Shown here: piece by piece, positions 44,459 through 53,794 of the stretch | Numbering within the stretch: the stretch's first letter is position 1 | Layout: each line of letters starts with the position of its first letter | Source: Natronospirales bacterium | Lineage (GTDB): Bacteria > Pseudomonadota > Gammaproteobacteria > Natronospirales > JAIVGZ01 | Length of the DNA: 64,000 nucleotides | NCBI GenBank assembly: GCA_020201335.1 | Contig: JAIVGZ010000004.1 | Coordinates: 1,764-65,763 of the forward strand | Reading direction: 5' to 3' | Translations under genes and position numbers: made by a program | The notes under the pieces: generated by a model | What the model saw: only the letters and a program-made list of their open reading frames with translations | Told to the model about the DNA's origin: nothing | Databases searched by the model: none

Positions 44459-45832
44459 ATGAATCGAAGCCTGTTGTTGATACTTGCCGCCGCGCTTATC
44501 ACGGCGCCCGCATTCGCAGAGCCATCGCAGTCCGCATTTGCGATTACCAATGTCACGGTCATCCCGATGGATTCCGACCGCGCGGTCCCTGCGCAGACGG
44601 TAATCGTGCGCGCGGGGCGCATCGAGTCGATAGGGCCCGCCCGGAGCGCCAGGGTCCCGCGCGACGCGACGACGATCGACGGCCGCGGCCGTTATTTGAT
44701 GCCCGGGCTCGCGGAGATGCACGCGCACGTGCCGCCGCAGCCGGATTCTGAGCAGTGGACGCAGGATGTGCTGTTTCTGTACGTGGCCAACGGCATCACT
44801 TTCGCGCGTAGCATGCTGGGCGCGCCGCACCACCTTGAATTGCGTGAGCGCGCGGAGCGTGGCGACCTGCTGTCGCCGCGCATCTACACTTCCGGTCCGT
44901 CACTGAACGGCAACTCGGTCGCGTCACCGGACGACGGCCGGCGCTTGGTCGCCGCGCATGCTGAAGCGGGTTACGACTTCCTGAAAATCCACCCGGGGCT
45001 CGACCGCGCACGCTACGACGCGGTCGTCGCGGCCGCGCACGAGCACGGCATCGCTTTCGGCGGCCATGTACCGTCGGCGGTCGGGCTCTTCCGCGCGCTT
45101 GAGGCACGGCAGGCGACGATCGACCACCTCGATGAATTCATGACGCCGCTGTTGCGCGACGGTTCTCCGCTCGCGAACGCGCCGGCGAATTTCTTCGGCT
45201 GGAACCTGGCCGGGCACATCGACACTGGGAAGATTTCGGCAGTGGTGCGCGCGACGCGCGAGTCCGGTGTTTGGGTCGTGCCGACTGAGAGCCTGATCCA
45301 GCATGTTCTGTTGTCGGAGCCTGGCGCTGATGCGCTCGCCGCGCGTCCAGAGATGCGTTTCGTGCCGCCCGAGATGCGCGCACGATGGGTGGAGGTGAAG
45401 GGCAACGTCCAGGCAAACTCGAATTACGATGCGCAGCTGGTGCGGCGTTTCGTCGAAGTACGCGCCGAACTGATGCGCGCGCTGCACGAAGCGGGCGTCG
45501 GCTTCCTGCTTGGTTCCGATGCGCCGCAGATTTTTAACGTGCCGGGTTTCGCGATCCACCACGAGCTGCGCATGCTGGTCGAAGCGGGGCTCACGCCGTT
45601 CGAGGTGCTGGCATCCGGGACGCGTAACGTCGCGCGCTTCATCGGTGAGGAAGATGCTTTCGGCACGGTCGCGGTCGGCAAGCGCGCCGACCTGCTGCTG
45701 CTCGATGCGAACCCGCTGGTCAATGTTGCGAATGTGCAGCGCCGCGCTGGCGTCATGGTGAATGGGCGCTGGTTACCCGAGCGGGAGATTCAGGCGGGGC
45801 TCGCGGAAATAGCCGCGCGCTACGCTGATTGA
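44459..45832 (+). CDS. Secreted amidohydrolase family protein
   Basis: Signal peptide; MPGLAEMHAH, GGHV, IDHLD, LGSDA and GKRADLLLLDANPL motifs. Confidence 0.92.
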   Translation: MNRSLLLILAAALITAPAFAEPSQSAFAITNVTVIPMDSDRAVPAQTVIVRAGRIESIGPARSARVPRDATTIDGRGRYLMPGLAEMHAHVPPQPDSEQWTQDVLFLYVANGITFARSMLGAPHHLELRERAERGDLLSPRIYTSGPSLNGNSVASPDDGRRLVAAHAEAGYDFLKIHPGLDRARYDAVVAAAHEHGIAFGGHVPSAVGLFRALEARQATIDHLDEFMTPLLRDGSPLANAPANFFGWNLAGHIDTGKISAVVRATRESGVWVVPTESLIQHVLLSEPGADALAARPEMRFVPPEMRARWVEVKGNVQANSNYDAQLVRRFVEVRAELMRALHEAGVGFLLGSDAPQIFNVPGFAIHHELRMLVEAGLTPFEVLASGTRNVARFIGEEDAFGTVAVGKRADLLLLDANPLVNVANVQRRAGVMVNGRWLPEREIQAGLAEIAARYAD

Positions 45833-45915
45833 ATCGCGGTGCGGAGCACCGCTCCTACATTGCTCCAGAGCGCTTGGTGTGACTCCGGATGTGGCAGCGG
45901 CCCTCTGGCCGCGAT
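45833..45915. repeat. Composite REP doublet: inverted family A, 32-bp spacer, family B
   Basis: The spacer at 45859-45890 is 26/32 identical to the spacer at 55557-55588. Confidence 0.85.
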
Positions 45916-46326
45916 TCAGGCCTTCGGGACAACCACTAGCTTTGTACCGCTGAGGCGGTCATGCAGCGCTAACCGCTCACGGTCGAACAGCATCCACCAT
46001 AGGCCGAAGCCGCCGAGCCCGAGCGAAGGGATCGCGAACAAGAAGCGGTTCAGTGCGTCGCGCCAACGCACCGGCGCGCCGTCGCGGCGTTCGACCCGTA
46101 CGCGCCAGGCCTTCATACCCAGCGTTTGCCCGCCGTGCGTCCAGAACCAGCCGAAGAACGCGAACGCGACTGCGAGGACCCACAACTGCATGAACAATTG
46201 GTTGCGCACGGCTTCGCCGCCAGTAAATGGCAGCAGCGCGAAGGTCGCGACCATCAGCAGGGCGAGCAGCAGCAACGCGTCGTACAGCATCACGCCGAGT
46301 CGGCGCAAAAGGCCGGCAGGCGTCAC
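45916..46326 (-). CDS. RDD family protein
   Basis: RRLGVMLYD, GQTLGMKAW and LHDRLSGT motifs; GTG overlaps the upstream stop. Confidence 0.9.
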   Translation of the reverse strand: MTPAGLLRRLGVMLYDALLLLALLMVATFALLPFTGGEAVRNQLFMQLWVLAVAFAFFGWFWTHGGQTLGMKAWRVRVERRDGAPVRWRDALNRFLFAIPSLGLGGFGLWWMLFDRERLALHDRLSGTKLVVVPKA

Positions 46327-47105
46327 GGCCAGCGGGCCCCGTCGCGTTCGACCTTCACTTCGAACAGCCACGGCCACAGTTTGCCGGTGACGAACAAGCG
46401 GCGCCCGTCCGGGTCGAACGCGATGCCGTTCGGTGATTCGACCGCGAGGTCCGGTTCGAAGCCGAGTTGTTCGAGCAGCGGCGCGAGCTCGATTAACGCG
46501 GTCACCTCGCCGCTGTCGGGGTCGATCTCCGCGATACGCGTTGTCTGCCACACATTCGCGTACACCTTGCCGTCGATGTATTGCAGCGCGTTAAGCAGGT
46601 CGAGCGGACGGCCGTCGAGCGTGACCTCGACCGTGCGCACCACGCTTTTGGTTGCGGGGTCGAGGAAGCGCAGCACAGAACTACCGTTGCTGGTGATCAG
46701 CAGGCAGCCGTCGTGCGTGAGGCCCCAGCCTTCGCCCGGGTACCGAAAGCGGCCGGTGCGGGCGAGCGTGTCGGGGTTGTAGCTGTAGCCGCGGGCGTTC
46801 AGCCAGGTGAGTTGGTACAGCACGCCGCCGAATACGGTTACGTCCTCGCCGAACTCGCGGCGGTCGAGCGGAGCCGAGCGCAGCACGCGGCCGCTGTGCA
46901 GCTCTACTTCGCGCAGCGTCGATCTGCCGTACAACCCGGTGCTTTCATAAAGCCGGCTGTCATGCCAAACGAGCCCCTGCGTGAACGCGGCGCGGTCGTG
47001 CGGATGACGCTGCACGACCTCGACCGGGTAAACCGGAACGGCATGCAAAGGCAGCGCCGCGCAGAGCGCGGCGAGTGTTACGAGTATGGCGCGGAATGCT
47101 CGCAT
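46323..47105 (-). CDS. Glutaminyl-peptide cyclotransferase (plant/bacterial type)
   Basis: Signal peptide; PHDRAAFTQGL, ESTGLYG, GEGWGL, NGIA and TGKLWP motifs. Confidence 0.9.
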   Translation of the reverse strand: MRAFRAILVTLAALCAALPLHAVPVYPVEVVQRHPHDRAAFTQGLVWHDSRLYESTGLYGRSTLREVELHSGRVLRSAPLDRREFGEDVTVFGGVLYQLTWLNARGYSYNPDTLARTGRFRYPGEGWGLTHDGCLLITSNGSSVLRFLDPATKSVVRTVEVTLDGRPLDLLNALQYIDGKVYANVWQTTRIAEIDPDSGEVTALIELAPLLEQLGFEPDLAVESPNGIAFDPDGRRLFVTGKLWPWLFEVKVERDGARWP

Positions 47106-47112
47106 CAGATGA

Positions 47113-47188
47113 TGGCGCTCCCTAGGGGACTCGAACCCCTGTTCCCGCCTTGAGAGGGCAGTGTCCTGGGCCACTAGACGAAGGGAGC
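47113..47188 (-). tRNA. tRNA-Glu (anticodon CTC)
   Basis: 76 nt GCTCCCTTCGTCTAGTGG...CTGCC-CT-CTC-AA-GGCGG...GTTCGAGTCCCC...GGGAGCGCCA; encoded CCA; upstream TATAAT. Confidence 0.95.
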
Positions 47189-47216
47189 GGCGAAGCCGTG
47201 GTATTATACGCGCGCC

Positions 47217-48560
47217 GTGGCACCCGACAACCTCACCCCTACAATCATTCCGCGCGCCGAACACCCGATATCCCGGTCCAGCATCTCCCCCGGCGCGCTG
47301 AAAGTTCTCTACCGTCTCCACAACGCCAATTATCGCGCGTGCCTGGTCGGCGGCGGCGTCCGTGACCTGATGCTGGGTCGCGAGCCCAAGGATTTCGACG
47401 TTGCGACCGATGCCAGCCCGGACGAAGTCCGGGCGCTGTTCCGGAACTGCCGGCTGATAGGGCGCCGTTTCCGGCTCGCACACGTCCGCTTTGGCAACGA
47501 GATTGTCGAGGTCGCAACCTTCCGCGGGAGCGCGACCGACGCGGACGATGCGAACGGCGACGACGCCGGGCGCATCCTCCGCGATAACACCTGGGGCACG
47601 ATCGAGGAGGACGCGGTCCGGCGCGACTTCACGGTTAACGCGCTGTTCTACGACATTGCCGACTTCACCGTCCACGACTTTGTCGGTGGCATCGAACACC
47701 TGCGTGCCGGTACGCTGCAACTGATTGGCGACCCGGGGCGGCGCTACCGCGAGGACCCAGTGCGCATGCTGCGCGCCGCGCGCTTTGCCGCGAAGCTCGG
47801 ATTCCGCCTGCACCCGGATACCGAGGGCCCAATCGCCGAACTGCGCCACCTGCTCGCCGACATCCCGCCGGCGCGCCTGTTCGAGGAGACGCTGAAACTG
47901 TTCCTCGGTGGCTTCGCGGTGCAGGCCTACGAGCACCTGCGTCACCTGCGCCTGTTCGAAATCCTGTTTCCGGACACCGAGCAGAGCCTTGCGGTTGAGG
48001 AGAACCATTTCCCGCGCACGCTGTTGTTGCGAGCCCTCGAGGGCACCGACCAGCGTGTCGCCGAGGGCAAGCCGGTCACGCCGGCGTTCCTGTTTGCCGC
48101 GCTGCTCTGGGAACCAGTCCGCGTACGTGCGCAGCAACTGACCGCGGAGGCGTTGCCGGAGCTGGTTGCGTTGCAACAGGCGACCGACGAAGTGCTGTCC
48201 CGGCAATTGTCGCGCGTCTCGATTCCGAAGCGCTTCAGCTTGCCGATGCGCGACATCTTCATGTTGCAGGCCCGGTTCGCGATGCGGCGCGGCAAGCGGC
48301 CACTCCGCCTGCTCGCGCATCCGCGCTTCCGCGCCGCGTACGACTTCTTGGTGCTGCGCGCGGCCGCCGGTGAAGTCGAGCAGGCGCTCGCCGACTGGTG
48401 GACCGAGTTGCAAGAGACCGATGGGCCCGGCCAGGAAATATTGATTGAATCGGCGCCGGCCGATGCAGATGGCGGTGCGCCGAAGCGCAAGCGGCGGCGC
48501 CGCAGGCGCCGCAAGCCGGCTGGCGACGGTGATGGCGCCGGCACCGAGGCGCCGGGTTGA
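47217..48560 (+). CDS. pcnB: Poly(A) polymerase I
   Basis: LVGGGVRD..PKDFDVAT; PAP signature CRLIGRRFRLAHV; RRDFTVN, EDPVRMLRA and basic C-terminal tail. Confidence 0.96.
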   Translation: MAPDNLTPTIIPRAEHPISRSSISPGALKVLYRLHNANYRACLVGGGVRDLMLGREPKDFDVATDASPDEVRALFRNCRLIGRRFRLAHVRFGNEIVEVATFRGSATDADDANGDDAGRILRDNTWGTIEEDAVRRDFTVNALFYDIADFTVHDFVGGIEHLRAGTLQLIGDPGRRYREDPVRMLRAARFAAKLGFRLHPDTEGPIAELRHLLADIPPARLFEETLKLFLGGFAVQAYEHLRHLRLFEILFPDTEQSLAVEENHFPRTLLLRALEGTDQRVAEGKPVTPAFLFAALLWEPVRVRAQQLTAEALPELVALQQATDEVLSRQLSRVSIPKRFSLPMRDIFMLQARFAMRRGKRPLRLLAHPRFRAAYDFLVLRAAAGEVEQALADWWTELQETDGPGQEILIESAPADADGGAPKRKRRRRRRRKPAGDGDGAGTEAPG

Positions 48561-49054
48561 ACTTGGATCCGCGCGTTGCGTTCGTCGCGCTCGGCAGCAA
48601 CCTTGATGAGCCCCGCGTGCACGTTCTGCGGGCGCTGGCGGAACTCTCCGAACTCCCCCAAACGCGCTGCACCGGTCACTCTTCGTTATACAGCAGCGCG
48701 CCGCTTGGGCCGGTCGACCAGCCCGCGTTCGTGAACGCGGTGGCACGCCTTGAGACGCAGCTCGAACCCCGCGAGCTACTCGATGCGCTACTCGGCATTG
48801 AGCGCACGCACGGCCGGTCCCGCGATGGCGCCCGCTGGGGGCCCCGGACGCTGGACCTCGACCTGCTCTTATATGGTGAGCGCCAGATTGATGAGCCGGG
48901 CCTGACGGTCCCGCATCCGGGGCTGACCGCACGCGCGTTCGTCCTGTATCCTCTCGCCGAACTGGCCCCGGGTCTCGCCATCCCCGGCGCAGGGCCGCTC
49001 CATACATTGTTGAGCCAGGTTGACCCCGGCGGTCTGACCGCAATCGAGGACTGA
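48557..49054 (+). CDS. folK: 2-amino-4-hydroxy-6-hydroxymethyldihydropteridine diphosphokinase
   Basis: ALGSNL, FVNAV, RWGPRTLDLDLL and VPHP motifs. Confidence 0.96.
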   Translation: MNLDPRVAFVALGSNLDEPRVHVLRALAELSELPQTRCTGHSSLYSSAPLGPVDQPAFVNAVARLETQLEPRELLDALLGIERTHGRSRDGARWGPRTLDLDLLLYGERQIDEPGLTVPHPGLTARAFVLYPLAELAPGLAIPGAGPLHTLLSQVDPGGLTAIED

Positions 49055-49064
49055 GAACCCCGCC

Positions 49065-49715
49065 ATGCGCGAGCAGCAGCCAGGATTCGTGGTGGTCGAA
49101 GGACCAATCGGCGTCGGCAAGACGAGCCTTGCCGAGCGCCTCGCTGCGCGTTTCGGCACCGAGCTGCTGCTTGAGGGTCCGGACGAAAACCCGTTCCTCG
49201 AGCGCTTCTACCAGGACCCGCGGGCCGCTGCGCTGCCGACCCAGCTCTTCTTCTTGTTCCAGCGCGCGCAGCAGATCCAGGCGCTGCGCCAGGCCGACAT
49301 CTTCCAGCCCGTGCGCGTCGCCGACTTCCTGCTCGACAAAGATCGGCTGTTCGCGCAACTGACGCTCGACGCGGATGAGTTCAAGCTGTACGAGCAGGTC
49401 TGGGACAAGATGTCGCTCGACGCACCGGAGCCGGACCTCGTCGTATACCTGCAGGCGCCGGTCGATACGCTGATGGCGCGCGTTGCACGCCGCGGCATCC
49501 ACTATGAGCAGGGCATCGAAAGGGCGTACATCGAGAAGCTGTCCGACGCGTACATGCGTTTCTTCTACGACTGGAACCGCTCGCCGCTCTTAATCGTCAA
49601 CACCGCCGACATCAACCCGATTGACGACGACCGCGACTTCGAGCTGCTATTCGCCGAGATCTGCAACGTGAAATCAGGCCGGCACTTCTTCAACCCGGGC
49701 CGGCTGGCTGGTTGA
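49065..49715 (+). CDS. Deoxynucleoside kinase family protein
   Basis: EGPIGVGKTS, ENPFLERFY and PDLVVYLQA motifs. Confidence 0.92.
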   Translation: MREQQPGFVVVEGPIGVGKTSLAERLAARFGTELLLEGPDENPFLERFYQDPRAAALPTQLFFLFQRAQQIQALRQADIFQPVRVADFLLDKDRLFAQLTLDADEFKLYEQVWDKMSLDAPEPDLVVYLQAPVDTLMARVARRGIHYEQGIERAYIEKLSDAYMRFFYDWNRSPLLIVNTADINPIDDDRDFELLFAEICNVKSGRHFFNPGRLAG

Positions 49716-49729
49716 GGTACCCTTACCCT

Positions 49730-50563
49730 ATGTACACCAAGCCTGAAAAGTCGGCATCGAGCGTGAAGAGCGTCTCGCTGACCACCTTCGCGAAGATGAA
49801 GGCGGCGGGCGAGAAGATTGCCTGCCTGACCGCGTACGACGCGAGCTTCGCTGCGCTGCTTGACGGCGCCGGCGTCGACTTGCTGCTGGTCGGTGATTCG
49901 TTGGGCATGGTCGTGCAGGGCCGCGACACGACGGTGCCGGTCACGCTCGACGACATGGTCTACCACTCGCAGGCGGTCGAACGCGGCATTTCGCGCGCGT
50001 TCCTCGTCGTCGACATGCCGTTCATGAGCTACTCGACGCCCACGCACGCGCTCGCCAGCGCAACGCGCCTGATGCAGGAAGGCGGCGCGAAGATGGTGAA
50101 GCTCGAGGGCGGCGTGCAGCAGGCGGAAGTCGTCGCGTACCTGACCGAGCGCGGCATCCCGGTCTGTGCGCACATCGGCCTGCAACCGCAACTCGTGCAC
50201 AAGCTCGGCGGCTACAAGGTGCAAGGGAAGGACGACGCGGCCGCTCAACGCATGCGCAGCGACGCGCGCGCGCTCGAAGCAGCGGGCGCCGACATGATCC
50301 TGCTCGAATGCGTGCCGGACTCACTTGCGGGCGACATCGCGAAAGCGGCCGGCGTACCCGTGATTGGTATCGGTGCAGGCCCGGCGGTCGACGGCCAGAT
50401 CCTCGTCACTTACGACATGTTCGACTTGACCCCGGGCCGCAAGCCGAAGTTCTCGCGCAATTTCCTAACCGGGCGCGACAGCATGGCCGACGCGGCGCGC
50501 GCGTACGTTGCGGCGGTACGTGACGGCAGCTTCCCTGGCGCCGAGCAAAGCGTCGGCGACTGA
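49730..50563 (+). CDS. panB: 3-methyl-2-oxobutanoate hydroxymethyltransferase
   Basis: LTAYD, LVGDSLGM, VKLEGG and GIGAG..DGQILV motifs. Confidence 0.97.
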   Translation: MYTKPEKSASSVKSVSLTTFAKMKAAGEKIACLTAYDASFAALLDGAGVDLLLVGDSLGMVVQGRDTTVPVTLDDMVYHSQAVERGISRAFLVVDMPFMSYSTPTHALASATRLMQEGGAKMVKLEGGVQQAEVVAYLTERGIPVCAHIGLQPQLVHKLGGYKVQGKDDAAAQRMRSDARALEAAGADMILLECVPDSLAGDIAKAAGVPVIGIGAGPAVDGQILVTYDMFDLTPGRKPKFSRNFLTGRDSMADAARAYVAAVRDGSFPGAEQSVGD

Positions 50564-50566
50564 GCG

Positions 50567-51400
50567 ATGCGCGTCGTCCGCACGCGTGCCGAACTCGCGG
50601 CGGCTCTCGCCGATGCGCGCGGCCGTACCGGCCTTGTGCCAACAATGGGTAACCTGCACCGCGGCCACCTGGCGCTGGTCGAGGCTGTGCGCAAGCAAGC
50701 CGATTTCATCGTCGCCAGCATCTTCGTCAATCCGCTGCAGTTCGGGCCGAGCGAGGACTACAAGACCTACCCCCGAACTTTCGATGAGGATTGCGCGGCG
50801 TTCGCGGACGCCGGCGTCGATGTGGTGTTTGCGCCGGCGGTGCAGGACATATACCCGGACGGCGCGGAAGCAATCGAGCAGGTCACCGTACCGCCGCATC
50901 TCGCGGACATATTGGAGGGCGCATCGCGGTCCGGGCATTTCAACGGCGTCGCGACTGTGGTCAAGTTGCTGTTCGACGTGGTGCACCCCAATGTCGCTGC
51001 GTTCGGCGAGAAAGACTTCCAGCAGCTTCTTGTCATCCGTTGGTTGGTCAATGCGTATTCGTTACCGGTCGCAATCCTCGGCGTGCCGACGGTGCGTGAG
51101 CCGAGCGGCCTCGCGCTGAGTTCGCGCAACCAGTACCTGACCGCCGACGAGCGTGCGCGTGCGCCGGCAATCTACAGTGCGCTGACCGCGGTTGCGGAGG
51201 CAATCCGTGCCGGCGACATCGATTGGGCCGCGCTCAGCGCCAAGGGCGCCGATGCACTCGCTAGCGCCGGCCTGCAGCCCGAGTATCTGGAACTGCGCAA
51301 CGCCAACGACCTTTCGGCGCCGCGGGCAGGGGAACCGCTGGTCGTCCTCACCGCCGCGCGGCTCGGCAAGGCACGCTTGATTGACAACCTGCGGGTGTGA
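50567..51400 (+). CDS. panC: Pantoate--beta-alanine ligase
   Basis: VPTMGNLHRGH, FVNPLQF, FGEKDFQQ, LSSRN and RLIDN motifs. Confidence 0.97.
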   Translation: MRVVRTRAELAAALADARGRTGLVPTMGNLHRGHLALVEAVRKQADFIVASIFVNPLQFGPSEDYKTYPRTFDEDCAAFADAGVDVVFAPAVQDIYPDGAEAIEQVTVPPHLADILEGASRSGHFNGVATVVKLLFDVVHPNVAAFGEKDFQQLLVIRWLVNAYSLPVAILGVPTVREPSGLALSSRNQYLTADERARAPAIYSALTAVAEAIRAGDIDWAALSAKGADALASAGLQPEYLELRNANDLSAPRAGEPLVVLTAARLGKARLIDNLRV

Positions 51401-51481
51401 CACTCTTCTCAGGTGAATACCCCCTTTTACGCGGTAATGGGGGGGGGTAGAATCCTTAATATGTACGCTGGATTACATTAG

Positions 51482-51889
51482 GTGGACCCGGGTCATGTTG
51501 ACCGCCTCGCACTCCGCATCGTTGAAGATGAGGGGACGCGCGTGGCTGCTTCGTTACACGACGCCGACCTCATCCTGCACATCTGTGACAAGATGCACCC
51601 CTCGATATCTCGCCTCGCCGGCTCACTCAGCTATCGTGCGTTGCTGTCCCGCGCGCTGGCGATTGCGCGGGTGCGGGGGAAGACGCTCGGCGCGCTCCGT
51701 TTCGAAAGTGACGGGAAGCTCATATTTGACCCGGAGCATCCGGCCGCGGAATTCCTGAATCCGGACACGGTCAGAAAAGATGCGGTTATTCTTGTCGCTG
51801 CGTTCCTGGGCTTGTTGATGAAATTGATTGGTGATGTAGTAACCGTCCGGATTGTCTGTCAGGTCTGGCCAGAGGTGAAGGCAGAATGA
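51482..51889 (+). CDS. Small helical hypothetical protein coupled to the KaiC-like ATPase
   Basis: ALLSRAL and LLMKLIG..VTVRIV..VWPE; ATGA overlap with the next gene. Confidence 0.7.
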   Translation: MDPGHVDRLALRIVEDEGTRVAASLHDADLILHICDKMHPSISRLAGSLSYRALLSRALAIARVRGKTLGALRFESDGKLIFDPEHPAAEFLNPDTVRKDAVILVAAFLGLLMKLIGDVVTVRIVCQVWPEVKAE

Positions 51890-53349
51890 CTGTCGAAATT
51901 CGCAAAATTCCGACCGGCGTACCGGGTCTCGATGAGATCCTCGGCGGCGGTCTCCCGGAATACTCGTTCAATATCCTCGGTGGTGGCCCCGGCTCCGGCA
52001 AGACCACGATTGCGCACCAGGTGATGTTCGCGAATGCCACGCCCGAGAAACCGGCAGTCTATTTCACGATCCTCGGCGAGCCTGCGATCAAGATGCTGCG
52101 CTACCAGCAGCAGTTCAGCTTTTTCGACGGCAGGAAGGTCAATGAGTCAATCTTCTTCATCAACCTGAGCGAGAAGGTCCTCTCCGCATCGCTTGATACG
52201 GTCATGGACGAAATCATCCGCGAGGTCGAGGCGATTAACCCGGGCATCGTCATCGTCGATTCGTTCCGCACCTTGACCCGTAAGCTGGCGACCTCGGAGG
52301 TGGACGACCTCACTCTGCAGGAATTCGTGCAAAAACTCGCGCTGCAGTTGACGACCTGGGAAGCAACGACCTTCCTCGTCGCCGAGTACGACGATACCGA
52401 GCGCCGCGACAACCCCATCTTCACGGTCGCAGACGGGTTGCTCTGGTTGTTCCAGCAGCAGGAGAGCAATTCGATTGTCCGGAAGCTGCAGGTGGTGAAG
52501 ATGCGCGGCGTGGAAACAGTGCCGGGCATGCACACTTTCCGCATCAACGATGGTGGCGTGCAGACCTTCCCGCGCAACCTCGGGCTCCTAGGGCGGGACG
52601 AGGCTGCGCGCGACGCGCCACCCTTGTCGAGCGGCATCCCGGAGCTGGATGTAATGCTCGGCGGCGGGATTCCAGCGGGCGACAGCCTTTTGATTGCCGG
52701 CCCGACCGGCTGCGGAAAGTCCCTGATCGCCACGCACTTCATCGAAGCGGGCCTGCGCAACGGCGAAGCCGGCATCATAGCGGTCTTCGAGGAGCGGCCG
52801 GATGATTATGCGAAGCGGGCGGACGGGTTCGGCCTGGACCTCACCGGGGGGGTCGACGCGGGCAAGTTGGAAATCATCTACCTGCGACCGCTCGACCTGT
52901 CCGTGGACGAAACGGTGTACGAGCTGCTCGACGCGGTGCAACGCACCGGGGCGACACGGGTCGTCATCGACTCGCTGGCCGGGTTCGAGATGGCGCTCGC
53001 GCCGGGTTTCCGCACCGACTTCCGAGAGGCACTTTACCGGATGATCGGTGCGCTGACCTCGGCAGGCGTCACCATCGTGACGACCGTTGAGGTCACGGAA
53101 CGCTTCACCCAGATTGAATTCAGCGGTTACACCGTTTCGTTCCTGAGCGACGACATCATCCGGCTGCGTTACGTCGAATTCGACGGCGAGATCGGGAAGG
53201 TGATGTTCATCGTGAAAATGCGCGGTGGCCACCACAGCAAGGAGATTCGGCGGTACGAAATCCAGTCCGACGGCATCGCAGTCTCGGACGAGCCGCTGCG
53301 CGGCTACACCGGCCTGCTCACGGGCATCCCGACGCGACCGAAGCCCTAA
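51886..53349 (+). CDS. KaiC-like double RecA-domain ATPase
   Basis: Two Walker A motifs (GGPGSGKT, GPTGCGKS), TGVPGLD/SGIPELD, IVDS/VIDS and two KMRG motifs. Confidence 0.92.
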   Translation: MTVEIRKIPTGVPGLDEILGGGLPEYSFNILGGGPGSGKTTIAHQVMFANATPEKPAVYFTILGEPAIKMLRYQQQFSFFDGRKVNESIFFINLSEKVLSASLDTVMDEIIREVEAINPGIVIVDSFRTLTRKLATSEVDDLTLQEFVQKLALQLTTWEATTFLVAEYDDTERRDNPIFTVADGLLWLFQQQESNSIVRKLQVVKMRGVETVPGMHTFRINDGGVQTFPRNLGLLGRDEAARDAPPLSSGIPELDVMLGGGIPAGDSLLIAGPTGCGKSLIATHFIEAGLRNGEAGIIAVFEERPDDYAKRADGFGLDLTGGVDAGKLEIIYLRPLDLSVDETVYELLDAVQRTGATRVVIDSLAGFEMALAPGFRTDFREALYRMIGALTSAGVTIVTTVEVTERFTQIEFSGYTVSFLSDDIIRLRYVEFDGEIGKVMFIVKMRGGHHSKEIRRYEIQSDGIAVSDEPLRGYTGLLTGIPTRPKP

Positions 53350-53406
53350 GGTCTTCACCCCGGTGGCCGTTGTCCGGGTCCGACATTGTCCGTTAAAATG
53401 CGCGTC

Positions 53407-53787
53407 ATGAACCTGACCCTGCTGAAATGCAAGCTCCACCGCGCCACGGTGACCCACGCCGAGCTCGATTACGAGGGCTCCTGCGCGATCGACGGCCGCT
53501 TGCTCGACGCCGCCGGCATCCTCGCCTACGAGCAGATTCAGATCTACAACATCACCAACGGCGAGCGCTTCACCACCTACGCGATCCGCGCGGAGGAAGG
53601 GTCCGGCATCATCTCGGTGAACGGTGCTGCTGCGCACAGGGCCAGCCCGGGCGACCGCGTCATTATCTGCGCTTACGCACAGTTGAACGCAGCCGAGGCT
53701 GCTAACTTCAAGCCGAAGCTCGTGTATTTGGACGAGCACAACAACGTCACGCACACCCGCAATACCATCCCGGTCCAGGTCGCCTGA
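53407..53787 (+). CDS. panD: Aspartate 1-decarboxylase
   Basis: [17 protein letters not shown] (pyruvoyl G-S site), NGERFTTY and NGAAA motifs. Confidence 0.97.
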   Translation: MNLTLLKCKLHRATVTHAELDYEGSCAIDGRLLDAAGILAYEQIQIYNITNGERFTTYAIRAEEGSGIISVNGAAAHRASPGDRVIICAYAQLNAAEAANFKPKLVYLDEHNNVTHTRNTIPVQVA

Positions 53788-53794
53788 GTACCGC

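Noticed and set aside
47113-47188. tRNA as an integration site for a prophage or island
   Set aside because: I saw no integrase and no duplicated tRNA 3' end in the window.
46323-49502. 1059-aa minus-strand ORF
   Set aside because: Only the last 260 codons (glutaminyl cyclase) are real. The rest is antisense to pcnB, folK and the kinase gene and reads through the tRNA, a high-GC shadow ORF.
51886-53349. A true circadian clock
   Set aside because: There is no kaiA or kaiB nearby and the canonical ST phosphosite pair is not conserved, so it is reported only as KaiC-like.
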